Source of the DNA: Clostridia bacterium
Lineage (GTDB): Bacteria; Bacillota; Clostridia; Oscillospirales; CAG-382
Length of the DNA stretch: 64,000 nt
Assembly: GCA_017397955.1 (NCBI GenBank)
Contig: JAFQHL010000045.1
Location: 104,764-168,763, forward strand
Reading direction: 5' to 3'
The notes under the pieces were generated by a model. That model did no database searches. It saw nothing but the letters and a program-made list of their open reading frames with translations, and was not told the origin of the DNA. Position 1 is the stretch's first letter, and every line of letters begins with the position of its first letter. Below are positions 53,783 through 63,242 of the stretch, piece after piece. Both the position numbers and the translations under genes were made by a program.

Positions 53783-55171
53783 TTACTCCTCCTCAAACAC
53801 AATCTTGTTCAGGGCGTTGATATATGCTCTTATACTTGCCGCAACAATATCTGCTGAAATACCGTTGCCTGAATAAAGCTTGCCGTTGTTTCTGAGCCTT
53901 ACCAAAGCAGAGCCCAAAGCCTCTTTGCCTTCGGTTACGGATTGCACCTGAAAATCGTCCAGCTCATAGTGATAACCTATGCACTGCTCAATGGCACGGA
54001 AGGCAGAGTCAATAGGACCGTCCCCTGTGCTTACACCGCAAATAATGTCGTCGTTGAATCTTAGTGTTACCTGTGACATAGAGCTTGTAAGGTTACTGCT
54101 GTTTGTGGTGTAGCTTTCAAGGTGATAGGTAGAGGGCGCCTGCATAGCGGCGCTTGCAATAAGCGCGTCAAGCTCCTTTGCGCCTACGGCATCCTTCTTT
54201 TGACATACCTGTATAAGCGCCTTGTGCACTTTGCCGCAATCGGCCTCGGAAAGGTCGTAACCCAAAACACTTGCCGCCTGCGCTACTTGTGCAATGGTAC
54301 TGTCACAGTCAAGCAAAATCTTTTTCTTTTCGCTTACGGTGCTTTCGCTTTCGTAAACCTCGTGGTTTATTTTTGCAAGCATATCGTCAATACTAGCATG
54401 TATTTTTGTATTATTAAGCCCTGTTCCTATACCCAGTCGGTCAGAACAAACTTTAAGGGCATCTGCAATCTCACCCGTCAAAAGAGCATCGCCGCCCGCC
54501 ATAGAGCATTTAACACCGTCTGCGCCGTTGGCAACAGCGGCTATTGCAGAAGCTACCGCCATATTTATCTTATCGGAAACCTGCACGTATACGGGCACGT
54601 TTACAGCCGCTTTTACCGCTTGGGTCAGCGCGACAATCTCTTCTGGCAGAGATATTCCTGCATCATCACACAGTGTAATAAGGGTTGCGCCGTTAGCTAC
54701 CGCTTCTTTGGCTGCATTAACTACAAAGTCTGCTTCTGCGCGTGTAGCATCAAGGGCAGAAAACTCAACGTCCTCAGTAAGCCCTTTTGCAGCCTTTACA
54801 AGCTCTGCAATCTTTGCCAACATTTTGTCCGCCTTAATGTGGTAATTGTACTCCATTTGAACGGTAGAAACAGGAAGCTCTATCTGTAAACGGGGGCTTT
54901 TTGCCGATTTAATGCACTCCCATGCATCAACTACAGAGGCAACCGTAGAGCCTACGGGGATGGCAACCGTGGCGTTTTGCACATTCTGCGCTACAGTTTT
55001 ATATACAATGGAATCCTCACGCAGACTCTTAATGGGTGCAAGCTCCACGCTGTCGGCGCCGATAAGGTCGGCACAAACGGCAATAGCGGTTTTTTCGCGG
55101 AAAAGCAGGGCAACCTGGCGGTCTGCGGAAAGCTTTTTAAGTGTAATGTCGGATACATTGATTTTTCTCAT
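53783..55171 (-). CDS. LeuA/HMGL-like protein with degenerate catalytic motifs and retained LeuA C-terminal regulatory (dimerisation) domain
   Basis: Colinear by eye with 2-isopropylmalate synthase, but DTTLRDGEQ is replaced by SDITLKKLSADRQ and HxHNDxGxAxAN by VQVSDKINMAVAS. The C-terminal TGDGPIDSAFRAIE...VTEGKEALG...GISADIVAASIRAYINALNK resembles the LeuA_dimer domain. Confidence 0.65.
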   Translation of the reverse strand: MRKINVSDITLKKLSADRQVALLFREKTAIAVCADLIGADSVELAPIKSLREDSIVYKTVAQNVQNATVAIPVGSTVASVVDAWECIKSAKSPRLQIELPVSTVQMEYNYHIKADKMLAKIAELVKAAKGLTEDVEFSALDATRAEADFVVNAAKEAVANGATLITLCDDAGISLPEEIVALTQAVKAAVNVPVYVQVSDKINMAVASAIAAVANGADGVKCSMAGGDALLTGEIADALKVCSDRLGIGTGLNNTKIHASIDDMLAKINHEVYESESTVSEKKKILLDCDSTIAQVAQAASVLGYDLSEADCGKVHKALIQVCQKKDAVGAKELDALIASAAMQAPSTYHLESYTTNSSNLTSSMSQVTLRFNDDIICGVSTGDGPIDSAFRAIEQCIGYHYELDDFQVQSVTEGKEALGSALVRLRNNGKLYSGNGISADIVAASIRAYINALNKIVFEEE

Positions 55172-55214
55172 TTTCTAAAACCCTTTCACAAATAAAATTG
55201 GTGCCTTGGAATAT

Positions 55215-55540
55215 CAACAAAAAAACGTCCCCGTCCCCTTGTCGAATCAAAGAGACGAAAACGTTAAACACAATTTAACTTTCCGCGGTACCACTCTTCT
55301 TCATCCAGTAAAGGATGCACTCAGATGCCAACACATCTTTACTCTGTAACGGGAGCTACCCGTCTGTCATTACACCTAAAACAGGTTCACAACAGCCGCT
55401 CCGCGGTGAGTTCAGCAAGCTTTTCCCAATGTCTCACACCGACCGACATCTCTCTCAAGGCGAAAACACCTGCGTACTATTCCGCATCACTGCGTTTACT
55501 AATTGCTTGGAATTTTATCACAAGAAAATTTCTTTGTCAA
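55215..55540 (-). promoter_or_regulatory. promoter plus T-box leader, specifier CUC (leucine)
   Basis: All on the minus strand. Promoter: TTGACA (55540-55535), 17 nt, TAAAAT (55517-55512). Stem I has GATGCGGAAT-AGTA, AGAGAG and GGTGTGAG. The specifier loop is GAA-CTC-A (55413-55407), and CCGTTA is the F-box. The T-box sequence GAGTGGTACCGCGG lies around 55284-55297. A terminator (55265-55224) is followed by a U-tract. Confidence 0.88.
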
Positions 55541-55627
55541 GAGTTTTTTAAAGTTTTTTATCTTAAAACATAAAAAAACAGCATACGGACATACTGTTTA
55601 TATGCCAAAAAAGGAGATAACGATACT

Positions 55628-56062
55628 ATGATAGAACAAGATACCGTAAAGCTGCTGCGTGAATGTGACGCCGGCGTAAAGATGGGTGTAAGCTCTATTG
55701 ACGATGTGTTGGATTACGTAAAATCCGACAGCCTGAAACAACAGCTTATCCATTGTAAAGACGAGCATATAAAGCTTAATCGTGAACTGCAAAGCCTTCT
55801 TGACAGATATCACGACGACGGAAAAGATCCCAATCCCATTGCCAAGGGGATGTCTTATATCAAGACAAATGCAAAGCTGGCTATGGAAAAGAGCGATGCC
55901 ACCGTGTCTGACCTTATTACCGACGGTTGCAATATGGGTGTAAAATCTCTAAGTCGTTATTTAAATCAGTATAAAGCGGCAGATGAATCCTCCAAAAATA
56001 TAGCTAAACGTCTTATTGATTCAGAGGCAAATTTGGCGGAGCAGTTAAGAAGCTACCTTTAA
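55628..56062 (+). CDS. hypothetical all-helical protein (four-helix-bundle-like)
   Basis: 144 aa with heptad-like helical composition; RBS AAGGAGA. Confidence 0.5.
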   Translation: MIEQDTVKLLRECDAGVKMGVSSIDDVLDYVKSDSLKQQLIHCKDEHIKLNRELQSLLDRYHDDGKDPNPIAKGMSYIKTNAKLAMEKSDATVSDLITDGCNMGVKSLSRYLNQYKAADESSKNIAKRLIDSEANLAEQLRSYL

Positions 56063-56135
56063 ATTTTCCAAAAAAACATTGCAACTGCACACCGATTGTT
56101 GTATAATTAAAATGACTTAAGGAGGTGCAGTTGCA

Positions 56136-57017
56136 ATGCAAAACAATATTTCCGAAAAGGCATTGTCTATAATCAAAAAAATGCAACAGAATGAGCTTAC
56201 GGAAAGTGTAATTTACAAAAAAATTGCCGCTTTTGCCAAGGGTAAGGAAAACAAACAAACTCTACATAGACTTGCAGCAGAAGAAAAAGCTCACTACGAA
56301 ATATGGAAAAACTACACTGGGATAGAGATGAAGCCCCAGAAGGGTAAAGTGCTTAAGTACACCCTTATCGCCCGTATTTTCGGCTTTACCTTTGCGGTTA
56401 AGCTTATGGAGAAGGGTGAGGAGGCGGCACAGAAGGAATATACCGCTCTTGCAGAAGAAGTGCCCGAAAGTCAGCATATTAAGGAGCAGGAGGAGGAGCA
56501 TGAGCAGTCTCTTCTTGCAATGCTTGACGAGGAGCGACTTAAGTACGTGGGCAGTATGGTACTGGGGCTTAACGATGCGCTTGTAGAGCTGGCGGGTAGT
56601 CTTGCAGGATTTACTTTTGCTTTACAAAATACAGGGCTTGTAGCTCTTTCGGGTTTGATAGTGGGTATCTCGGCTACATTTTCTATGGCATCCAGTGAGT
56701 TTCTTTCGGCTAAAAGTGAGGGCAGGGACGATGCCTTTAAGTCCTGCTCCTATACGGGCGTAGCATACCTTATAACCGTTGTGTTGCTTATCTTGCCTTA
56801 TTTGCTGTTTGAAAGCACTCAGTATATCCCCGCACTTGTATGTATGTTGCTTATCATAGTGGCTATCATTGCGGCGTTTACATATTATACTTCCGTTGCT
56901 CAGGACCGTCCCTTTGCTTCACGATTTTTTGAGATGGCATGTATCAGTATCGGCGTGGCGGTAATATCCTTCGGCGTCGGTATCCTTGCCAAAAAGCTTC
57001 TCGGCGTAGATGTTTAA
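56136..57017 (+). CDS. VIT1/CCC1-family Fe/Mn transporter with N-terminal ferritin/rubrerythrin-like domain
   Basis: N-terminal E..H pairs (ELTESVIYKKIA...AAEEKAHYEIW...QEEEHEQSL) and a C-terminal VIT membrane domain (GLNDALVELAGSLAG...). Confidence 0.75.
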   Translation: MQNNISEKALSIIKKMQQNELTESVIYKKIAAFAKGKENKQTLHRLAAEEKAHYEIWKNYTGIEMKPQKGKVLKYTLIARIFGFTFAVKLMEKGEEAAQKEYTALAEEVPESQHIKEQEEEHEQSLLAMLDEERLKYVGSMVLGLNDALVELAGSLAGFTFALQNTGLVALSGLIVGISATFSMASSEFLSAKSEGRDDAFKSCSYTGVAYLITVVLLILPYLLFESTQYIPALVCMLLIIVAIIAAFTYYTSVAQDRPFASRFFEMACISIGVAVISFGVGILAKKLLGVDV

Positions 57018-57259
57018 CAATGAGTATTCATATACTAATAAAAATAGGCTTATATATTCCTTTTGCGGGCATAGCCGCCATAGTTGTTGCTTTAATTGTT
57101 TAACACCTAAGCTCAAATGTAAAGGCTTAGACAAAAAATGCAGACTTGTTGTGGTGTATCTGCAGTTATAGCGGCGGCTGTTGTCTGGCTGATATTGTTG
57201 CTTGTAATATGCATTGTATTTTGGAATATTATCAGTTTTACTTAACAGGATTTTAAAGT

Positions 57260-58441
57260 ATGTATTCTTTACTTATAGCTGTTATATATTTAGCATTTAT
57301 CGGTCTGGGTCTGCCCGACTCGCTTCTCGGCTCTGCTTGGCCCAAAATGATTACAGAGCTGGATTCGCCTCTTTCCTACGCAGGCATAGTTTCAACTATC
57401 ATAGCCTTGGGCACCATCGTGTCAAGTCTTCTTTCCGATAGGCTTACCTTAAAGCTTGGTGCAGGAAAAGTAACACTGATAAGCGTGGGTATAACCGCCG
57501 CGGCACTTTTCGGCTTTTCTCTGTCTACCTCTTTTGTGTGGCTTTGTGTGCTTGCTGTACCCTACGGTTTGGGCGCAGGCGCTGTGGATGCAGCACTTAA
57601 CAACTATGTGGCGCTTCACTACTCTTCGCGATATATGAGCTGGCTTCATTGCTTTTGGGGCGTGGGCGCAACCGTCGGACCTTACATAATGGGCTATGCT
57701 ATATCAGCAGATAAAGGTTGGCGTTTCGGCTACGCTTCGGTTGCCTGCATACAGGCGATTATTGTTGCTTTCTTGTTTTTTTCTTTACCGCTTTGGAAAA
57801 ACAGAAGGGCAGAGGAAAAGGGGGTAGAAGAAGCCCCTATCGGTATAAAAGATGCACTGAAAATTAAAGGTGTTAAACCCATTTTGCTCGCCTTTTTTGC
57901 CTATTGCGGTGCGGAGACAACTGCAGGCCTTTGGGCAAGCAGTTACCTCGTTATTGGCAAAGGTGTGTCGGTTGAAATCGCCGCAGGTTTTGCTTCTCTG
58001 TTTTATTTGGGAATAACGGCAGGACGATTTATCATTGGCTTTTTTGCCGACCGTGTTGGTGACAAAAATATGATACGACTTGGCACGGCGGTAATGGCAT
58101 TGGGGCTTGCTTTGGTGCTGTCACCCATGGATAACAACGAATTTGCTCTTGCAGGGCTTACGGTAATAGGCTTTGGAGCGGCGCCCGTTTATCCTGCAAT
58201 AATACACGCAACACCCAAAAATTTTGGAAAAGAAAACAGCCACGCTATAGTGGGAATCCAAATGGCAAGCGCGTATTGCGGCAGTGTTATTGCACCACCT
58301 TTGTTTGGCATAATAGCTCAAAAAATAGGTATGGGGCTGTATCCGTATTATTTGGTTCTGTTTGTGCTGTTGATGTTTGTTATGACCGAGTGTGTTAATA
58401 AGACTTGCACAAAACAGCCCAAGCATAAGCCCTTGTTATAG
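57260..58441 (+). CDS. MFS transporter
   Basis: 393 aa, ~12 predicted TM segments; loop motif LSDRLTLKLG between TM2 and TM3. Confidence 0.8.
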   Translation: MYSLLIAVIYLAFIGLGLPDSLLGSAWPKMITELDSPLSYAGIVSTIIALGTIVSSLLSDRLTLKLGAGKVTLISVGITAAALFGFSLSTSFVWLCVLAVPYGLGAGAVDAALNNYVALHYSSRYMSWLHCFWGVGATVGPYIMGYAISADKGWRFGYASVACIQAIIVAFLFFSLPLWKNRRAEEKGVEEAPIGIKDALKIKGVKPILLAFFAYCGAETTAGLWASSYLVIGKGVSVEIAAGFASLFYLGITAGRFIIGFFADRVGDKNMIRLGTAVMALGLALVLSPMDNNEFALAGLTVIGFGAAPVYPAIIHATPKNFGKENSHAIVGIQMASAYCGSVIAPPLFGIIAQKIGMGLYPYYLVLFVLLMFVMTECVNKTCTKQPKHKPLL

Positions 58442-58556
58442 CTTATAAAAGCATAAAAAACGGCTTTAATACATATTAGAACGTAAAACTGTTTGGACAA
58501 ACAGTTTAATTGTGTTATAGTCAAAATGAATACAATATTTTTGGAGGGACGTTGTA

Positions 58557-59444
58557 TTGAAAGTAAAGAATATGCTGAAAGATTTGAATAATTTAAAATG
58601 GCAAAACTTTATTATGCTGTTTATAGCAGGCTGTGTTAACGCTTTCGGCGTAACGGTGTTTTTGGCACCGGTTAAGCTTTACGACAGCGGTATTTCCGGT
58701 ACCTCCATTTTGCTTTCGCAAATAACGCCGGAATACTTGTCTTTGTCTTTCTTCCTCGTTATCCTAAATATACCGTTATTTCTCTTTGGGCTTAAAAAGC
58801 AAGGTGTGGCGTTTACCGTATATTCAATTTTTACGGTAATCGTATATTCCGTTGGCTCGTGGCTTATAACCGATGTGTTACCCATAGATGTAAGTATCGC
58901 ATCACCTCTTGCCGGTGAGGATTTGTTACTTTGTGCTCTGTTCGGCGGTATGATTTCCGGGGTGGGAAGCGGTTTAACTATACGGTACGGAGGCGCAATA
59001 GACGGCGTAGAGGTTATGGCGGTTATCTTTGCAAAAAGGTTGGGGGTAACCGTTGGTACTTTTGTAATGGTATATAATGTGCTTTTGTATGTTGTATGCG
59101 GTGTTGTTATCAACAGTTGGATTTTGCCGTTGTACTCCATTGTTACATACGCCGCCGGTCTGAAAACCGTTGACTTCGTAGTTGAAGGTTTTGACCGTTC
59201 AAAGGAGGTTATGATAATCACAAGCAAGCCTGAGGAGATAAGTATGTCTCTTATGGAAGCCTTTGAGTGCGGAACTACAAAGATAAGCGCCCTCGGAGGT
59301 TATTCTAACACGGAAAAGACAATCATTTATTTTGTCGTTAACCGTTTTCAAATTTCAAAGATGAAAAGTATAATATACAATATCGACTCTAAGGCATTTG
59401 TCACAATAAGTGATGTGGCGGATGTGTTTAAGAGCAATGATTGA
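58557..59444 (+). CDS. YitT-family membrane protein (DUF2179 C-terminal domain)
   Basis: GVTVFLAPVKLYDSGISG, GGMISGVGSGLTIRYGG, and a C-terminal soluble DUF2179-like end (...TISDV). Confidence 0.8.
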   Translation: MKVKNMLKDLNNLKWQNFIMLFIAGCVNAFGVTVFLAPVKLYDSGISGTSILLSQITPEYLSLSFFLVILNIPLFLFGLKKQGVAFTVYSIFTVIVYSVGSWLITDVLPIDVSIASPLAGEDLLLCALFGGMISGVGSGLTIRYGGAIDGVEVMAVIFAKRLGVTVGTFVMVYNVLLYVVCGVVINSWILPLYSIVTYAAGLKTVDFVVEGFDRSKEVMIITSKPEEISMSLMEAFECGTTKISALGGYSNTEKTIIYFVVNRFQISKMKSIIYNIDSKAFVTISDVADVFKSND

Positions 59445-59485
59445 CAACGGTTTTTGTATAAATTGCATAAAAACAGCAAAAGCTG

Positions 59486-59514
59486 TTGCATTTATGCATT
59501 TTATGTGCTATAAT
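59486..59514 (+). promoter_or_regulatory. sigma-70-type promoter of putP
   Basis: TTGCAT (59486-59491), 17-nt spacer, TGCTATAAT (TATAAT at 59509-59514). Confidence 0.6.
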
Positions 59515-59556
59515 AATACATCTTTACAGCACTAAACAGTTAAAGGAGAATTGTTA

Positions 59557-61092
59557 ATGGAATTAGTTGCTTTTATTGCTTATTTTGCATTGATTCTTGC
59601 AATAGGCGTTTTCTTCTTCCTCCGTTCTAAGAGTGGGGACGAAAAAGAGTATTTCCTAGGCGGTCGTTCTATGGGGCCGTGGGTAACGGCTATGAGTGCA
59701 CAGGCATCCGATATGTCAGGTTGGTTGCTTATGGGCTTCCCGGGCGCTATTTTAGCGTTGGGTATGGGTCAGGTTTGGATAGGCATCGGTCTCGGCCTCG
59801 GTACTGCGGCTAACTGGATACTTGTGGCAAAGCGTTTGCGCCGCTTCTCCCGTGCATCCGGTGACTCTATTACACTTCCTCAGTATCTTACAAACCGATT
59901 TGCTTCACAAAACCCGTTGCTTAAAATAGTTTGTGCAGTAATCTTTTTAATAAGCTTTACCATTTATGTTGCTTCCGCTTTTGTTGCGGGAAAAGGCGTT
60001 ATGTGTGCGGTTATCCCTTCGTTGGCAGATAAGCCAATGATTGCAATGGGCATTTTTGCCGTACTCATACTTGTATACACCTTCCTCGGCGGTTATAAAG
60101 CTGTTTGCTGGACAGACTTTTTCCAAGGTCTGCTTATGCTGGTAGCTATTCTTGCAGTGCCTATAGTTATGTCTTTTGGCGACTTTAACTCTGTTTATAA
60201 CGGCAGTTTCGGTATTGACGTAAACGGTGAAGCAATCAAGGCTTTCGGCTCCAATCCCTTTGTGGCACCTTGGCAGGAGATTGTAACAGGTCTTGCGTGG
60301 GGGCTTGGTTATTTCGGTATGCCTCATATAATCGTAAGATTTATGGGCATACAAAAACCCTCAATGGTTAAAAAATCCGCAACCGTTGCAATTACTTGGG
60401 TTGTTCTTTCCCTTGGTGCAGCTATTGCAATCGCAATTTTGGGCAGAACATATATTATGTCTGACGGTCTTTCTTTGGCAGGTGTTTTACTTAATAACGG
60501 TGCACAGGAAAACATTTTCATCACCGTTGTTCAAGATATATTCCCCGGCTTTATTGCAGGCTTGTTGTTGGCGGCAATAGTTGCTGCGGCAATGTCTACC
60601 GCAGACTCTCAGTTGCTTGTTGCTTCTTCCGCGTTTACCAGCGACCTTTATAAACCTATGATTCGTAAAGAAAAAGCTACCGACAAAGAAGTTTTGTGGG
60701 TTGGTAGAACAGTGGTTGTTATCGTTGCTGTTATTGCGTTTATTATCGCTGCGTTGGGTGAAAGCGGTAAGGCTGATTGGGCAAACAGCATAATGAATTT
60801 GGTTTCAAATGCATGGGGGCTTTTCGGCGCCGCATTCGGTCCTGTAGTTATTCTGTCTCTATTTTGGCGCAAGATGAACTATGCAGGTGCTTGTGCAGGC
60901 GTTATCGTCGGCGCTATAGTGGATATTGTTTGGCTCGTTACCCTTACATCCTCCACAGGCGTTTACGAGCTGCTTCCCGGCTTCATCGCAGGCTTTATAG
61001 CAACCGTTATTGTAACTCTTGTAACAAAGGCACCCGGTGCTGAGGTTATAGCGATATTTGATTCCGCAACTGACACAAGCATCGACGACTAA
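59557..61092 (+). CDS. putP: sodium:proline symporter (SSS family)
   Basis: YFLGGRSMGPWVTAMSAQASDMSGWLLMGFPG signature; ~13 TM segments. ATG 59557 follows AGGAGA. Confidence 0.85.
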   Translation: MELVAFIAYFALILAIGVFFFLRSKSGDEKEYFLGGRSMGPWVTAMSAQASDMSGWLLMGFPGAILALGMGQVWIGIGLGLGTAANWILVAKRLRRFSRASGDSITLPQYLTNRFASQNPLLKIVCAVIFLISFTIYVASAFVAGKGVMCAVIPSLADKPMIAMGIFAVLILVYTFLGGYKAVCWTDFFQGLLMLVAILAVPIVMSFGDFNSVYNGSFGIDVNGEAIKAFGSNPFVAPWQEIVTGLAWGLGYFGMPHIIVRFMGIQKPSMVKKSATVAITWVVLSLGAAIAIAILGRTYIMSDGLSLAGVLLNNGAQENIFITVVQDIFPGFIAGLLLAAIVAAAMSTADSQLLVASSAFTSDLYKPMIRKEKATDKEVLWVGRTVVVIVAVIAFIIAALGESGKADWANSIMNLVSNAWGLFGAAFGPVVILSLFWRKMNYAGACAGVIVGAIVDIVWLVTLTSSTGVYELLPGFIAGFIATVIVTLVTKAPGAEVIAIFDSATDTSIDD

Positions 61093-61188
61093 ATTTATCA
61101 GATAACAATCTAAATGGGCCGCCCCGTATTTCAATACGGGACTGCCCATTTCTGTACTCCATCATATACTGTATACGGAGGTGGCGAA

Positions 61189-61878
61189 ATGACCGCATTT
61201 TTTGACAGCCTTTTGAATTTTGAAAAGGATTTGAATATGCTTACTGTTGCATTTAGAATCCTGCTTGCCGTGATTTTTGGCGGCGTAATAGGTATAGAAC
61301 GTGGCAGACATGGAAGTCAGGCAGGACTTCGCACCCATATTCTTGTGTGTCTCGGTGGTACTATGACCGCGCTTGTTGGTGCTTACAGCACTGAGCTTTT
61401 GGGCTATGGCGGTGATCCGTTCAGAATCGCCGCACAGGTCGTTTCCGGCATCGGTTTTCTGGGCGCAGGTATGATTGTTGTTAAAAACGATAAAATGATA
61501 ACGGGGCTGACTACCGCCGCCATAATGTGGACAACTGCAATTATAGGCATCGCACTTGGTATCGGTTTTTATAGCGGGGCCTTTTTGGCAATGCTTGCCT
61601 GTGTATTTACTGCGGCTGTGCTTACCCGTATTGAACACAAGAGAAAAAAGACCATGCGTATCTACATTGAGGTAAACCAGCTTGATTTGCTTGAGGAAAT
61701 AACAGAGCATTTGAAAAGATTATTGCCACCGGATGCTTACGTGGAGGTAACGGCTCCAAAAAGTGCCACGGCAGGAAATATGGGCGTAGTGGTTATCAGT
61801 GCTCGCGTTGCAGATACTGATGCGCTGAAGGCGCAAATTAAAGCTCACGGCGGCATACATTTTATAATCATTGAATAG
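61189..61878 (+). CDS. MgtC/SapB-family membrane protein
   Basis: RILLAVIFGGVIGIERGRHGSQAGLRTHILVCLG signature. The start is set at the ATG after GGAGGTGG. Confidence 0.8.
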   Translation: MTAFFDSLLNFEKDLNMLTVAFRILLAVIFGGVIGIERGRHGSQAGLRTHILVCLGGTMTALVGAYSTELLGYGGDPFRIAAQVVSGIGFLGAGMIVVKNDKMITGLTTAAIMWTTAIIGIALGIGFYSGAFLAMLACVFTAAVLTRIEHKRKKTMRIYIEVNQLDLLEEITEHLKRLLPPDAYVEVTAPKSATAGNMGVVVISARVADTDALKAQIKAHGGIHFIIIE

Positions 61879-61982
61879 CGGACAAGCACGGGGGCGGTTT
61901 TACCGTCCCCGTAAATATATTAAAAAGCTGTCTTAGAGGTCATTGACCTCTAAGACAGCTTTGATTTTTGTAAGGGGGTGAT

Positions 61983-62231
61983 TTATGCTAGCAAGAAAAA
62001 CAGAAAATACAGAATCATATACAGAATACACAAGCCGCATATAACCACAAGCATGGGCACAAACATCATCTTCATAGCCCCAAAAAATGTCTGTGACTGA
62101 GCTTTTAAGCTCTTTATAGGTGCTGTCCCCTTATACTCGAATTTTGGCTTGCTGTCAAGCTTTGACATATCGGCAACGCTACTGCCGTCATCATAGTATA
62201 CAATCTTTTCCTTCTTTTTCTTTTTGCCCAT
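61983..62231 (-). CDS. small membrane protein
   Basis: 82 aa with a C-terminal TM segment (FVPMLVVICGLCILYMILYFLFFLLA); lies directly downstream of oppF. Confidence 0.45.
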   Translation of the reverse strand: MGKKKKKEKIVYYDDGSSVADMSKLDSKPKFEYKGTAPIKSLKAQSQTFFGAMKMMFVPMLVVICGLCILYMILYFLFFLLA

Positions 62232-62234
62232 AAT

Positions 62235-63242
62235 TTACTCTCCTTCAAGTAAATGGCAGGATGCAAAGTGTCCGTTTTCGTATTCCTTGTATTCAGGTGT
62301 TACCTCAGAGCAAATAGGCTTTGCATAGGGGCAACGAGTATGGAAACGGCACCCCTTGGGCGGGTTTGCAGGGGAGGGGATATCGCCCTTAAGCACTATT
62401 CTTTGCATCTTAACGTCAGGGTCGGGATAGGGGATTGCGGAGAACAATGCCTTTGTATAAGGGTGCAAGGGATTGGCAAAAATATCTTCCTTGCTGCCGT
62501 ACTCCACAATACTGCCAAGGTACATAACACCTATTTTATCGGAGATAAACTTAACTACCGAAAGGTCGTGGGATATAAACAGGTAGGTAAGGTTCAAATC
62601 CTTTTGCAACCCCTTGAGTAGGTTAATAATCTGTGCCTGAATGGAAACATCCAGCGCGGAAACAGGCTCATCACACACAACAAGTTCAGGCTTTACGGAA
62701 AGTGCACGGGCTATACAAATACGCTGGCGCTGACCGCCTGAAAACTCGTGAGGATATCTTTCGTAGTAATAATCCCTAAGTCCGCATTTCTCCATAAGCT
62801 CCAGTACATAGGATTTGATTTGGTCCTTGGGGACTATGCTGTGCACCTGCACAGGCTCGGAAAGAATGCCGCCAACAGTACTGCGTGGAGGCAAAGAGGA
62901 ATAGGGGTCTTGGAATATTATTTGCATCTTCTTGCGTATCTCGCGCATCTGGGAGGGCTTAAGCTTTGTAATATCCTTGCCGTTAAACAAAACCTGCCCG
63001 CCCGTAGGTTCGTGCAGTTTAAGTATAGTTCTGCCCATGGTAGTCTTGCCGCAACCGGACTCACCAACAATACCCAGTGTTTCGCCGCGCTTCAGCTTAA
63101 AGGAAACATTGTCAACCGCCACAAGCTCGGAGGTAACCTTGCCCGTGATAGTCTTCTTTAAAGGAAAGCTCTTTCTAAGGTTACGGACCTCTAAGATAAT
63201 ATCGTCATCGGGGATGTTGTTAACAGTCTTGTTCTCATCCAT
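62235..63242 (-). CDS. oppF: oligopeptide/dipeptide ABC transporter ATP-binding protein
   Basis: Walker A GESGCGKTT, signature FSGGQRQR, Walker B LVVCDEPVSALD, and a C-terminal oligo_HPY Cys motif. The start at 63242 overlaps the oppD stop. Confidence 0.88.
   Translation of the reverse strand: MDENKTVNNIPDDDIILEVRNLRKSFPLKKTITGKVTSELVAVDNVSFKLKRGETLGIVGESGCGKTTMGRTILKLHEPTGGQVLFNGKDITKLKPSQMREIRKKMQIIFQDPYSSLPPRSTVGGILSEPVQVHSIVPKDQIKSYVLELMEKCGLRDYYYERYPHEFSGGQRQRICIARALSVKPELVVCDEPVSALDVSIQAQIINLLKGLQKDLNLTYLFISHDLSVVKFISDKIGVMYLGSIVEYGSKEDIFANPLHPYTKALFSAIPYPDPDVKMQRIVLKGDIPSPANPPKGCRFHTRCPYAKPICSEVTPEYKEYENGHFASCHLLEGE

Noticed and set aside
53783-55171. Annotating this gene as functional 2-isopropylmalate synthase (leuA)
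   Set aside because: The RDGEQ and HxH metal/catalytic motifs appear replaced (KKLSA and VQV) in my by-eye alignment. I therefore call it LeuA-like only.
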